Source: Halobacteriovoraceae bacterium
GTDB lineage: Bacteria; Bdellovibrionota; Bacteriovoracia; Bacteriovoracales; Bacteriovoracaceae
DNA: 64,000 bases
Assembly: GCA_963719505.1 (NCBI GenBank)
Contig: CAVRCF010000001.1
Span: forward strand, 128,001-192,000
Direction of reading: 5' to 3'
The position numbers were made by a program, and so were the translations under genes. Each line of letters opens with the position of its first letter. Within the stretch, counting starts at the first letter, position 1. Positions 20,421 to 30,100 of the stretch are shown here, in pieces. The notes under the pieces are model-generated. The model ran no database searches. It was not told the origin of the DNA and worked only from the letters and a program-made list of their open reading frames with translations.

Positions 20421-21842
20421 TTAATCTCTATACCTGTCTAAGAAGTTTTTGATGCTATTATTTAAGTAAGCGTAATTGGCCACTAGAAGTTCATAATTGA
20501 GAAGGTTTCTCTTCTCAGTTAGACGGGCGTTAATATAGTTTTCTTCAGCTCTAATAACTTCTTCAAAAGTTGTCTGGGCATTTAAGTAGTATCTATTTTG
20601 CTCTTTCAATGTCTTTTGTGCCAATAGAACTTTTTGAGAACTTATCGTGTTAACTTTTTCAAAATACTTTATTTGTGAGACTAACGCTTCTTTTTGAACT
20701 TTAACTTCATCCTCTATATTGAGAACATCTAATTCACTTTTTTTAGTTTCTAGGACAACTCTCGAGTTTAAAGCAGACCTTTTGTCTAAACCTAAAGGAA
20801 TCACAAGGTTCAGTCCAAAGCCAACATTTTTATTTGTTGTCCTTAAGTGATCGTTAAAGCTATTGGTATCATTTTCATCAATCGCGTTTGTCGTTAATCC
20901 TGCTGTGAAAAGAAGTTTCATTCCATTTTGATTTTTTAATTTATCTAAATTCTGTTTGGTAACTTCAACTCTCTTTTTTGCGACAGTCACAGACAAATGC
21001 TCTTGTTCTTTAATACCTTTTTTCCAAAAAGAAAATGGTCTTGGGGTCCAAGTAATTTGCTTAAAATAGTTTTCCGTTATTTTAATTTTGAGGATGTTTT
21101 CAATGATAGAGAGGTTTTCTTTCAAAGCTGAACGACTTGTTTCAACTGCTTCTTGTTGATTGAGAAGTAAGCGTTTAGCCTGATAGAGTTCAACATTTCT
21201 ACTCAAACCATCTTTCTTTCTTCTATTTGTTTGATTGACTCGTTTCTTAGCTTCACTGGCAGAAGACTTTGAAAGCTCAACAGCATAGACTTGGAATTTC
21301 GCCTGAAGATAAGTCTCAAAAAATGATAAATAACCCTTTTCAATATCAAGTTGATTTTCGGACTCATTGGCCATCGTTTCAGAAATGATTATATCAAGAT
21401 CATCGCTTGAGCTTCGATCTAAAAAGTCATAACTATATTCAATCCCCGTTCTGTTTTCAAACAGGTGATCATTACTGAAATTATTAAGCACAGAGCTATT
21501 CCAGTCTGAGATATCATAGTCGGTTTTAATATGCTTTACCGAAACACTTCCATAATCAAAAGAGCTTTTTCTAAATTCAAAAGCATATGTTTTAGTTTTA
21601 GTATTTTGTGATTGGAAAGAAAAAAGACTTGCAAGGTTGGCCTCTTGGTAACTTGGAGAGAAAACAAACTCCCAGTCGTTTCTATTCTTTTTAAATTCAT
21701 AATCAGCATCAGTGATCTCTTTTTTTATCACAATACTTTTATTTAAATTTGAGTCTTGATAACCCTTCCACATAGGTTGAAATGTTGCAAAGCTGGGCAG
21801 CGATACCAAAGCTGTGCAAAGGGCAAATAATATATAAATCAT
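20421..21842 (-). CDS. TolC-family outer membrane protein
   Basis: Signal peptide after AAGGA SD; helical repeats typical of OEP proteins; directly upstream of the RND gene. Confidence 0.75.
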   Translation of the reverse strand: MIYILFALCTALVSLPSFATFQPMWKGYQDSNLNKSIVIKKEITDADYEFKKNRNDWEFVFSPSYQEANLASLFSFQSQNTKTKTYAFEFRKSSFDYGSVSVKHIKTDYDISDWNSSVLNNFSNDHLFENRTGIEYSYDFLDRSSSDDLDIIISETMANESENQLDIEKGYLSFFETYLQAKFQVYAVELSKSSASEAKKRVNQTNRRKKDGLSRNVELYQAKRLLLNQQEAVETSRSALKENLSIIENILKIKITENYFKQITWTPRPFSFWKKGIKEQEHLSVTVAKKRVEVTKQNLDKLKNQNGMKLLFTAGLTTNAIDENDTNSFNDHLRTTNKNVGFGLNLVIPLGLDKRSALNSRVVLETKKSELDVLNIEDEVKVQKEALVSQIKYFEKVNTISSQKVLLAQKTLKEQNRYYLNAQTTFEEVIRAEENYINARLTEKRNLLNYELLVANYAYLNNSIKNFLDRYRD

Positions 21843-21937
21843 GGTCGAATCCTTGTTATGACCTTTCATACCCTAAACGGTTAAATTTATCAAAGGGCGC
21901 ATCTTGTCAAAGGGCTATACATCATCTATAAAGCCTT

Positions 21938-22240
21938 GCCGAGAAAGAAAGACCATCGCCGGTGAAAGCTTAGGCTTTTGCGGGAGGAAAGTCCGGGCAC
22001 CGTATAGCACCGAAGCGGGTAACGCCCGTCCACCGTGAGGTGAGGACAAGTGCAACAGAAAGTATGTACAGGTAATGCTGTAGTGAAACCAGGTAAACTC
22101 TACGGGGTGCAAGCTCATATAGGCCATCGTCTGATCGCGGCTAGCGAGAGATGGCGGGTAGAGTGCTCGAGATATAGGGTAACCTATATCCTAGACGAAT
22201 GATGGTTCTAGACAGAACCCGGCTTATATTCTTTCTCGGC
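21938..22240 (+). ncRNA. rnpB: RNase P RNA (compact, type A-like)
   Basis: GAGGAAAGTCCGGGC, AGTGCAACAGAAA, GGTAAACTC, ACAGAACCCGGCTTA; terminal helix GCCGAGAAAGAA/TTCTTTCTCGGC. Confidence 0.95.
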
Positions 22241-22252
22241 TTTTTATAAATA

Positions 22253-23272
22253 CTAAGACCTTATTAGATCTATAGCCTTCTGACTTCCAGTTGAGAGGTT
22301 TGTATCTGAATAATTATAGTCATCTAGATTAAGCCCTATTTCCCTGGCTTCCACCTCATTCACCCAAATAACAAAGTTAGATATTTTATATTTTGTAATT
22401 CCTGATTTAAAACTTGGAAGCAGATGAAAATCTCCATTGATTTTTGGATACTGATCGAAAGTTGGATCGTTTGATTTTATCACAAAGGTTGGGATCTCAT
22501 TCTGTCCTGATAGCCACTGAGAGCTAGACTTTTTATAAGTAAGATATTTGCCCTCTTTTTCTACAATCACTCTCAAAAGAGAAAGATCAAAACTCTCTTT
22601 TATTTTATCGACAACCACTGGCAGCTGATCTGTCACTTTATTATTAAACGCGAAACAGTCCTTGCTTAAAAAGCATAACTCACAACTCGCCTTCCTCGCC
22701 TGACAATAGTTTCTTCCAAGGTCCATTAATGCTTCATTAAAAACTCTTGCCCCTATAGGACCAATTTCACGACATATCTCATGATTATTAAATCGCTTTG
22801 CAATTTCTTTTTGCAACTTTAAACCCTTAGGCTCTTTGATTCCATAAATGCGAGAGATTACTCTCTCTAGATTTGCATCTAAGGCGAGTGCTCTTTGATT
22901 AGCTCCCATAGCAAGAATCGCATTTGCTGTATAAATTCCAATTCCATTGATCGAAATAAGGGAATCAAAATCTAGCGGAATCTCTCCATTATATTTTTCA
23001 CAAATTGTGACACAGGCTTTTTTTAAGTTTCGTGCACGCCTATAGTAACCAAGCCCTTTCCAGGCAATCAAAATTTCTTCCTCTGTGGCTTTGGCAAATT
23101 TTTCTGGTGTTGGATATTCGCTCATAAAGCGTTCAAAATGCTTGAGAACTGTTTGAACTGTGGTTTGCTGAAGCATGATTTCAGAGACGAGAGTTCTATA
23201 AAGGGATCTATTTTTTCTCCAAGGAAGTTCAGGAAATTCTCTCAGAGACCAATCAGCAAGTTGTTGGAACAT
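22253..23272 (-). CDS. mutY: A/G-specific adenine glycosylase MutY
   Basis: LPWR, VSEIMLQQT, WKGLGYYRRA, GIGIYTA, C-X6-C-X2-C-X5-C Fe-S motif. Confidence 0.93.
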   Translation of the reverse strand: MFQQLADWSLREFPELPWRKNRSLYRTLVSEIMLQQTTVQTVLKHFERFMSEYPTPEKFAKATEEEILIAWKGLGYYRRARNLKKACVTICEKYNGEIPLDFDSLISINGIGIYTANAILAMGANQRALALDANLERVISRIYGIKEPKGLKLQKEIAKRFNNHEICREIGPIGARVFNEALMDLGRNYCQARKASCELCFLSKDCFAFNNKVTDQLPVVVDKIKESFDLSLLRVIVEKEGKYLTYKKSSSQWLSGQNEIPTFVIKSNDPTFDQYPKINGDFHLLPSFKSGITKYKISNFVIWVNEVEAREIGLNLDDYNYSDTNLSTGSQKAIDLIRS

Positions 23273-23274
23273 TT

Positions 23275-24063
23275 TTATTTACACATTTTTTGTATACGCG
23301 AGACATCATCTAGAATATTTTTCGCGTAAAGAGGTTTATCAATCCCTTTTACACTACCTCCGGCCACTTGTTCAACAAAATCTATAAATTCAGCTTTTGC
23401 CTCATAAATGTCTGTGATGATGATCAAACTCTCAGCCTCAGAAGCTTTTATATCTCTCATGAGTCGATCGACTCTATTCAATCCTGAGTTTAAACAAACT
23501 CGATCAAAGTTTCCAAGCTCTTTTCTATTTTCATCAAAAATATAAACTTTCATCTTTTCATTTAAAGGGCAGGCTCCATTCACTCTTTTTAGAAATCGCT
23601 CTCTAATGCATGCCGTTTGATAATCAGTTGGATCAACTTGCTTCATGGTTGAACTGATATCAACCCATAACTCTAATTTTTTACTAGATTTTTTTACTGC
23701 TTTTTTTAGTCTTTTTTTACAAAAGATATTAAACTGACCCGGGTTTGTACAGGGGTCATACTCACCCTCTTTATACTCTCCTTCCTCTTTGAATACTTCT
23801 TTTGTATCGAGTTCAGAGTAGTCTCTAGCTTCAACGATTTTATCTTTTTCTTTTTTGTAGAGACCAATTTGTGGATCAAAGCAGTAGTCTCCCACTTTTT
23901 GACATTGATACTGAGCTGTAAGTTTTGAGTATTTAGTTTTAGGTAAAATTGATTCGATAAAAGAAACTTTATCAACACTTAAAAACCACACCTCGAGTTT
24001 CTTCGGCTCAGCGAAGGCTGAAGTAGCAAGAGTGATTATAAAAGTTAGAATCAATAGTTTCAT
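23275..24063 (-). CDS. Secreted Cys-rich protein with vWA-like motifs
   Basis: Signal peptide; LWVDISSTM (MIDAS-like) and LIIITD. Confidence 0.6.
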   Translation of the reverse strand: MKLLILTFIITLATSAFAEPKKLEVWFLSVDKVSFIESILPKTKYSKLTAQYQCQKVGDYCFDPQIGLYKKEKDKIVEARDYSELDTKEVFKEEGEYKEGEYDPCTNPGQFNIFCKKRLKKAVKKSSKKLELWVDISSTMKQVDPTDYQTACIRERFLKRVNGACPLNEKMKVYIFDENRKELGNFDRVCLNSGLNRVDRLMRDIKASEAESLIIITDIYEAKAEFIDFVEQVAGGSVKGIDKPLYAKNILDDVSRIQKMCK

Positions 24064-24644
24064 ATTTCAAATTGCTTGCGATTTAAGTATTTAATAATCA
24101 CTTCTCCAGCTGACACTACTAAGTCTTGCCCATCGACATCTAAATCTAAGAAGTCTGATAGGAAACCTTTTTGTCTGGCCGTTAAATCAGCAAGTTTCTC
24201 CCCTGTCGTTCTAGTTGAACGTCTATCGTCTCCTCTTCTTTCTCCGAAGGAAACTTTAACGCCTCTTATATTCGCAGATGTTTGAGCTTTGGTTTCTTCT
24301 TTACCTAAAGTCTCTTCAAAGGCATCAGCCTCACTCTCTACGCTACCTTTATCGGTAGAATCGGGTTCTATATAAAGGGTAACCATCTTTTTAAAAAGCG
24401 CCGTAGAGTCCTCTTCTATAAAGTCGATAATCTCATGCAACGGTATATTTAACTTTGCAACAATAGCCGCAATAAGCTGTGGATCGAGCTCTTTGGTCTT
24501 TTGATTCAAAAAGCGACTCATGGTTGAAATCCCAACATTAACCTTCTCTGCTAAGTCCTTCTGGGAGTATCCTCCTCGAATGGCCATGTATTTTCGCACA
24601 GTTGTGAGAAAAGCATCTAAATAATTACTATCGAAAACTACCAT
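24060..24644 (-). CDS. XRE-family helix-turn-helix transcriptional regulator
   Basis: SQKDLAEKVNVGISTMSRFLN; AGGAGG SD. Confidence 0.85.
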   Translation of the reverse strand: MVVFDSNYLDAFLTTVRKYMAIRGGYSQKDLAEKVNVGISTMSRFLNQKTKELDPQLIAAIVAKLNIPLHEIIDFIEEDSTALFKKMVTLYIEPDSTDKGSVESEADAFEETLGKEETKAQTSANIRGVKVSFGERRGDDRRSTRTTGEKLADLTARQKGFLSDFLDLDVDGQDLVVSAGEVIIKYLNRKQFEI

Positions 24645-24694
24645 ACAGCCTCCTTTTGGATTGATTAATATTGCTATCCAAGCTGTTAATATTC

Positions 24695-24721
24695 TTATCG
24701 GTTTGTAATTTAATTCCTTGA
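24695..24721 (-). promoter_or_regulatory. Sigma28-like promoter for the XRE gene
   Basis: TCAA-N15-ACCGATAA. Confidence 0.55.
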
Positions 24722-24751
24722 TGCAATTTTATTTCTTGACGAATTGCATCA
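24719..24751. promoter_or_regulatory. Perfect 10-bp inverted repeat, candidate operator
   Basis: TGATGCAATT-N13-AATTGCATCA. Confidence 0.6.
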
Positions 24752-24764
24752 GGTATGAGATACT
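24736..24764 (+). promoter_or_regulatory. Sigma70-like promoter for the pentapeptide gene
   Basis: TTGACG-N17-GATACT with extended TG. Confidence 0.55.
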
Positions 24765-24797
24765 GATTTCAGGATAGAAACAAGGCTCGGAGGAATC

Positions 24798-25289
24798 ATG
24801 AGACCAGTAATAGTAAACAACAATATGACATTAATTACAGATACTTATACTCATATGGTTGGAAGAACTATGGCTAATCTTCACCTTGAGTCAGAACAAA
24901 TTTCAGGTGGTAAATTTGACGAAGTTACCTTTAAAAATGTTACTTTTTTTAATTGCAACTTCCAAGCATCTGCATTTAGTTCAACAAGTTTTATTGATTG
25001 TACCTTTATTGATTGCAACTTTAGCTTCACGAAGTTTAAAAATTGCAGTCTGATAGCGTGCGTGTTTGAAAATTGCAATTTTTGCATTACGAATTCCCTT
25101 AGTAGTAGTTTTCAAGCATGCACGTTTCAAAATACATCATGGAAGCTAGGCGCTTTCAGGGACAATAAAGTTGTTGCTTGTTTATTGGATGAACAAACAA
25201 CGGCCCATATAGAAGAAAATGGTGAAAATATCGAATCTCTCTCTCTCCTCGATATTAAAGCACCAGAAGAGTTCGCTCTTGCAGCCTAG
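24798..25289 (+). CDS. Pentapeptide repeat protein
   Basis: Repeats such as VTFKN VTFFN CNFQA SAFSS TSFID CTFID CNFSF; GGAGG SD. Confidence 0.88.
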   Translation: MRPVIVNNNMTLITDTYTHMVGRTMANLHLESEQISGGKFDEVTFKNVTFFNCNFQASAFSSTSFIDCTFIDCNFSFTKFKNCSLIACVFENCNFCITNSLSSSFQACTFQNTSWKLGAFRDNKVVACLLDEQTTAHIEENGENIESLSLLDIKAPEEFALAA

Positions 25290-25294
25290 ATAGA

Positions 25295-25475
25295 TACACT
25301 CCTCAACGGATGAGGAATACCAAATTGAAATATTTTTGAATTTTTAAATAATCATGGAATGACCCTCGCAAGCATGGATAGCTTTACCTACCTCAAAAGA
25401 CCTACGAGACCACAAAAGCTCATTCCTGGCCCCCTCTGATTCACGAGAATTACGGGGCCAGAGACCATTTTTCAA
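25295..25475 (+). ncRNA. Candidate CsrA/RsmA-binding structured RNA or 3' UTR
   Basis: Three GGA-loop hairpins followed by a GC-rich hairpin at 25426-25461. Confidence 0.4.
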
Positions 25476-25563
25476 CTGAGTTCTTGAATAAATTACAAAT
25501 TGATTGAATAAAATCAAAGCTTTAGTTATAACTCAAAACACAAAACAGTGACACAAGGAAATT

Positions 25564-26475
25564 ATGACTAAATCAAGATCATTACTTTTAAACATTATTC
25601 TTTTTGCACTCTTTATTCTGGTCAGTGCAAGCTCTGCTTTTGCTCAAACCCTTGGCTACAATCAATCCTACTTCATCACCGACTCGGGAAGAATTCATAC
25701 AGTAAGAACATACAATCCCGCTGAAGGATTTGTTCCACTTTTTAGCCCCAATGGCTTCTTTCTTCTTCCAGAGATGGTAGATGTCCGAAAGTCTTCCTAC
25801 TTCACAGACTTTGAAGACAATATTTATACCGTGGATAGAGATGGCTACCTCTATAGCTATAACTACGAAACAGAAATTGACTCTGGAATCAAAGAAGCTG
25901 GTGGATCATTTTTTATTACTCGTGATGGTGCACTGAGAATTGTTCTCACCAACGGTGTAATCAAAACAATACCTAAAGACGATTACGAGCTTGATTCCAA
26001 TGTAAAGATTGTTGGCGGTAACTACCTTATCACAAGAAAAAACACGGTTTACATCATCAATCCCATTGCCGGAACAATTAATAAAACGGGAGTTGAAATT
26101 GATAAGCGAGAAGTCGAAGTTGAAGGTGATAATTATTTAGTGACTAAAGATGGTGTCCTTTACTCGTTCGGTATCAATGTCGATGGATCGGTTAAAATTA
26201 GAAGTACGAATCATTATGTTTTTAAAAATATTAAAAGAAAGGGTGGAAATTTCTTTTTCGATGCTAGAAATCAAATTCATACGATTGCCGCAAATGGTGA
26301 GTTTAATCAATCGACAAGAAGTATAGGAAGCGATGTGAGAAGAAGTGAAGTTCCCGCAAAGTTTGGAGCAAACTATTTCGTCTACTCTGACAATTCTTTC
26401 TTTATCGTTGATGAGCTCGGTGTTGTTAGACAAATTGCAACGTTTAATGACGTCATCTTGATGACAACGAAGTAA
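25564..26475 (+). CDS. Secreted protein with seven beta-rich repeats (propeller-like)
   Basis: Signal peptide; seven GGN(Y/F)F-type repeats. Confidence 0.7.
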   Translation: MTKSRSLLLNIILFALFILVSASSAFAQTLGYNQSYFITDSGRIHTVRTYNPAEGFVPLFSPNGFFLLPEMVDVRKSSYFTDFEDNIYTVDRDGYLYSYNYETEIDSGIKEAGGSFFITRDGALRIVLTNGVIKTIPKDDYELDSNVKIVGGNYLITRKNTVYIINPIAGTINKTGVEIDKREVEVEGDNYLVTKDGVLYSFGINVDGSVKIRSTNHYVFKNIKRKGGNFFFDARNQIHTIAANGEFNQSTRSIGSDVRRSEVPAKFGANYFVYSDNSFFIVDELGVVRQIATFNDVILMTTK

Positions 26476-27102
26476 TTAAATCTTTTTGATATTGGTATTT
26501 GGAGGCGCAGTAAAGTTAAATTCAGACTTCTCTAACTTCGCCTTGGTATCCATGCTTTTAAAGACAAAAGTTGTAGGGTTTTTCTTTCCAACTTTATAAA
26601 TTTTCATTTTATCAACATTCTCAATTGTGCTCTCGCTAGTGATACTTTTTTTAAACTCAAGCTCTACCAAAGTAATTCCAAGCTGGGCCTGTGCATCTTT
26701 ATTAAAAGTTAACTTTGCATTTTTTTTATTCTTAATCGTCGTATAGATATTATTAGACGTTAGCCCCTTACTAAGAGCATCGAAAATTTTAACATAACAG
26801 TGCTTACTCGAATCCCCCACCGTTAATTCACCTTTTTCGCTTGAATCCCAAGGCGGTGTATAAATCCAAGTCTTATCCTTATTACAAACGTAGACGATGG
26901 CATCATCCTTTAAATTAAAATAAACATTACTTGGAAATAAGTACTTCATCTCAATTGCACTTTTGATGATAGCCCCTTTTTTAGAGGACATCATGACATC
27001 TTGTTGTTCAAGGCTAGCAACGAAGGACTTGGGTAAAAAGTTGGAAGCCATCGCGACTTCCACGATGGCAAAAAATAAGATAAATCCAAAAGTTAATTTC
27101 AT
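26476..27102 (-). CDS. lolA: Outer membrane lipoprotein carrier LolA
   Basis: Signal peptide, F.A.LEQ, VCNKDKTWIYTP, C-terminal FNFTAPP. Confidence 0.7.
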   Translation of the reverse strand: MKLTFGFILFFAIVEVAMASNFLPKSFVASLEQQDVMMSSKKGAIIKSAIEMKYLFPSNVYFNLKDDAIVYVCNKDKTWIYTPPWDSSEKGELTVGDSSKHCYVKIFDALSKGLTSNNIYTTIKNKKNAKLTFNKDAQAQLGITLVELEFKKSITSESTIENVDKMKIYKVGKKNPTTFVFKSMDTKAKLEKSEFNFTAPPNTNIKKI

Positions 27103-27109
27103 ATAAACC

Positions 27110-30100
27110 TTAGTGAAGTTGAACAGATACTGCTTTGGAAACTCCAGGCTCCTGCATCGTTACACCATAAAGAGTATCGTTCAGTTCCATCGTTTTCTTG
27201 TTATGGGTAATTAAAATAAACTGAGACTCAGAGCTCATCTCTCTGAGAAGTTCGTTAAACCTTCCAACGTTAGCATCATCTAAAGGAGCATCGACCTCAT
27301 CTAAAAGACAAAATGGAGATGGCTTAACAAGAAAGATAGAAAAAATAAGTGAGACGGCTGTCATGGCTTTTTCACCACCACTCATCAGGTTTATTGATTG
27401 CATCTTTTTACCAGGAGGTTTCGCGATAATATCAATCCCACACTCTGTACTATCGATATCACCAACAATATTTAATCTCGCCTCTCCACCACCAAAGATA
27501 ATAGGGAAAACTTTCTCAAACCTCATATTGACTTCATCAAAAGCTTCCTTAAATCTCGACTTAGACTTCTCATCAATATGAGCAATTGCAAGCTCAAGAT
27601 CTTCAAGAGATTTCTTCAATTCGCCTTCTTGAGTTCTTAAGAAATCATGACGAAGTTTTTGTCTGTCGTAGTCTTCAATAGCTTGCCAATTAATTTCACC
27701 TAAGCGATTAAGGTCTGTTTTATATCTTTTGTACTTCTCTTTTGACTCTCTAAGCACAGCTGGAAATCTCTTCTCAAAGGCATAAACTTCTTTTTCAAGT
27801 TCTGTTTGTCCCTCTTCTGTTTCCATAAAGAATATTGAATCGATATTTGTAAGCCCTTCAAGTTCATCAGAATGAAGCTCTAGGTGCTTCATCATCGTCT
27901 CTCTTAGATCAACTCGGTACTTATCAAATCCATCCTTAACGAGGATCTCTTCGTCGATAACGATCTGATCAACTTTCATCGTCAACTCGACATTTGATTT
28001 CTCCACTGTATTGATAGTCTTCGCAAGATCTTTGACTTCATTTTCACGCTCTTGCATACCGGTCAAAAGAGACGTCAATTCATCTCTAACAACATTTAAG
28101 TAGCTCTCTTTCTCACTCATAATATCGGCTTTGTCTTGATTTCCTTCTTCAAGGCTCATGACAGCTTCTTCAGCCTGCTCAATTTCTGTTTGATAATTTT
28201 CAAGCAGCTCCATATTGGTATCAAGTTTAGTTGTATATCTTTCAACTTGTGACTCAGCATCCGTTATTTGAGACTGCAGCCCTTCAACCTGACTTGTAAA
28301 TGTTTTTGCATTCGCTTGAAGCTCAAGAAGTTCACTTCTTTCATCCTCATAACTTGCTCTTAATTCCTCACCAAGCTCTTTCGCTTCAGCAAAAGTCTCA
28401 GATAACATTTCCAGTTTTTCACTGAGAGAGTCTTTTCTATTAACCGTCTCCTCTTCTGTTTCAAGAAGATCAAGCTTCGACTTTGAAATTTCATTTTTAC
28501 GATTATTGAGAATATCAAGTCTTGCTGATGTTCCCCCATAACTAGATTCTTTAGAGTCTAATGTTGATTTGAGAGAGGCAAAGCTTGTTTTATTTATTCC
28601 TAATTCATTTAGCTCAATATCATATTTTTGTTGAAGACTTTCTATTTCACTTGAGAGGGTTTCAAACCTAAGTTCCAAGGCATCAAGCTTTTCTTTTTTT
28701 GTTTCATACTCTTCAGTCAATTCGTTGATAAGGTTATTTCTTTGAACAACTCCTAAGCTTTGATTGTCCTCGCTTCTGGCACTTAAAGAAACTCCACTTA
28801 ATGACTTTGTCACAACAACCTGACCATCAACAGAGATAAGTCCTTTAAACTTAATATCTTTTGAAATTCTTAATGCGGACTCAGGTGATAAGTTATCAGC
28901 AATATAGTAACCGTTAAAGAACTGCGAAAGCTTAGCTTTAAATTCATTATTGTTTATCTTAAGAATATCCTCAATCGCCACAACATTTTCAAGGCCCTTA
29001 AGCTTTAATCTCTCAGCAGTCTCTGGTGTACAAACGACATCCGACTGACCTGGTTGAATAAAGTCAAAAGACTTATCAGTATTGTTTTCGTACCAAGAAG
29101 ATAGGCTCTCACTCTCTCCATCCTTACTTATTAGGGCATCAAATGAATTTTCAAACAGAATCTCTAGGGCTTTGGCGTATCGAGGCTCACATTCTATCAA
29201 ATTACCAAGGATCTCAAAGCTTGTGTTCCCTGTTGTTTCGATAAAGTCTAGGGCACCCTCTTTAACTCCAACACCTGATTTATTAACATCGATAAGTGAC
29301 TGTCTTTTTGAATCAAGTTGAATGACCTCTTTAGATAAAACTCTTAATTCACTATCAACTTCTTTAAACTCAGATTTTTTTGTTGCTAACTCTGACTTCG
29401 TTTTCTCAAAAAGTTCTTCACTACTAAAGAGCTTCTCTTTTGCCGTAGCGACCTCAGAGCGCAAGTTAACCAGCTCATCCGTATGATTCGCCGAACTTTT
29501 CTCAATCTCTTCAATTTCAGCAATAATATCTTCTAAACTTGCAGAGTACTCATCAAGTTTTGATGTATTTCTAAAAACGAGTTGATCAACTTCAGTAAAC
29601 TCAGTTCTTACCTGCTCAAGTTGATTCCCAAGATCAGTGATCTCTTCATTTTTATCGTTTAAGCTCTCTTTTAAGTCTTCAACCTTCTCTTCTAAACTCG
29701 AGAAGTCCATCTCTTCAAAGTTTTGTGATTCAAGATCACTCAGCTTTAATTTTAATTCTTCAAGGCGCTCTTTTCTTTCACTAATATCATTTGTGAGCTC
29801 TTCGTTTTCACGATTTCGAGCTTCAATATGCTTCTCTTTATCAGCTCTGGTATTTTTTAAATGCTTAAGGCGCTCTTCACTTGCGGCCAACTCTTTGGCC
29901 ATTTCATTGTATTCAGCTGAAAGACCGTCGATTCTTTCCATTAGATCTGTTTTTTTAATTCTCTCGTCCTCAAGGGCAAGTTCTAGGGCTTCTTTCTTTA
30001 ATTCAGACTGCTCGAGAGTTGTTCCATTAGACACAAGCGTTCTTCTGGCATTAACGTAGTCCGAAAGAAAATCAAACTCCTTATGGCTATCAACAATAAG

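Noticed and set aside
21915..22127. 70-aa minus-strand ORF
   Set aside because: Antisense to rnpB
25255..25475. tmRNA, suggested by the FALAA-stop
   Set aside because: The tag-like sequence ends a 163-aa protein, and no tRNA-like GGGG 5' end or TTCGA...CCA 3' end is present
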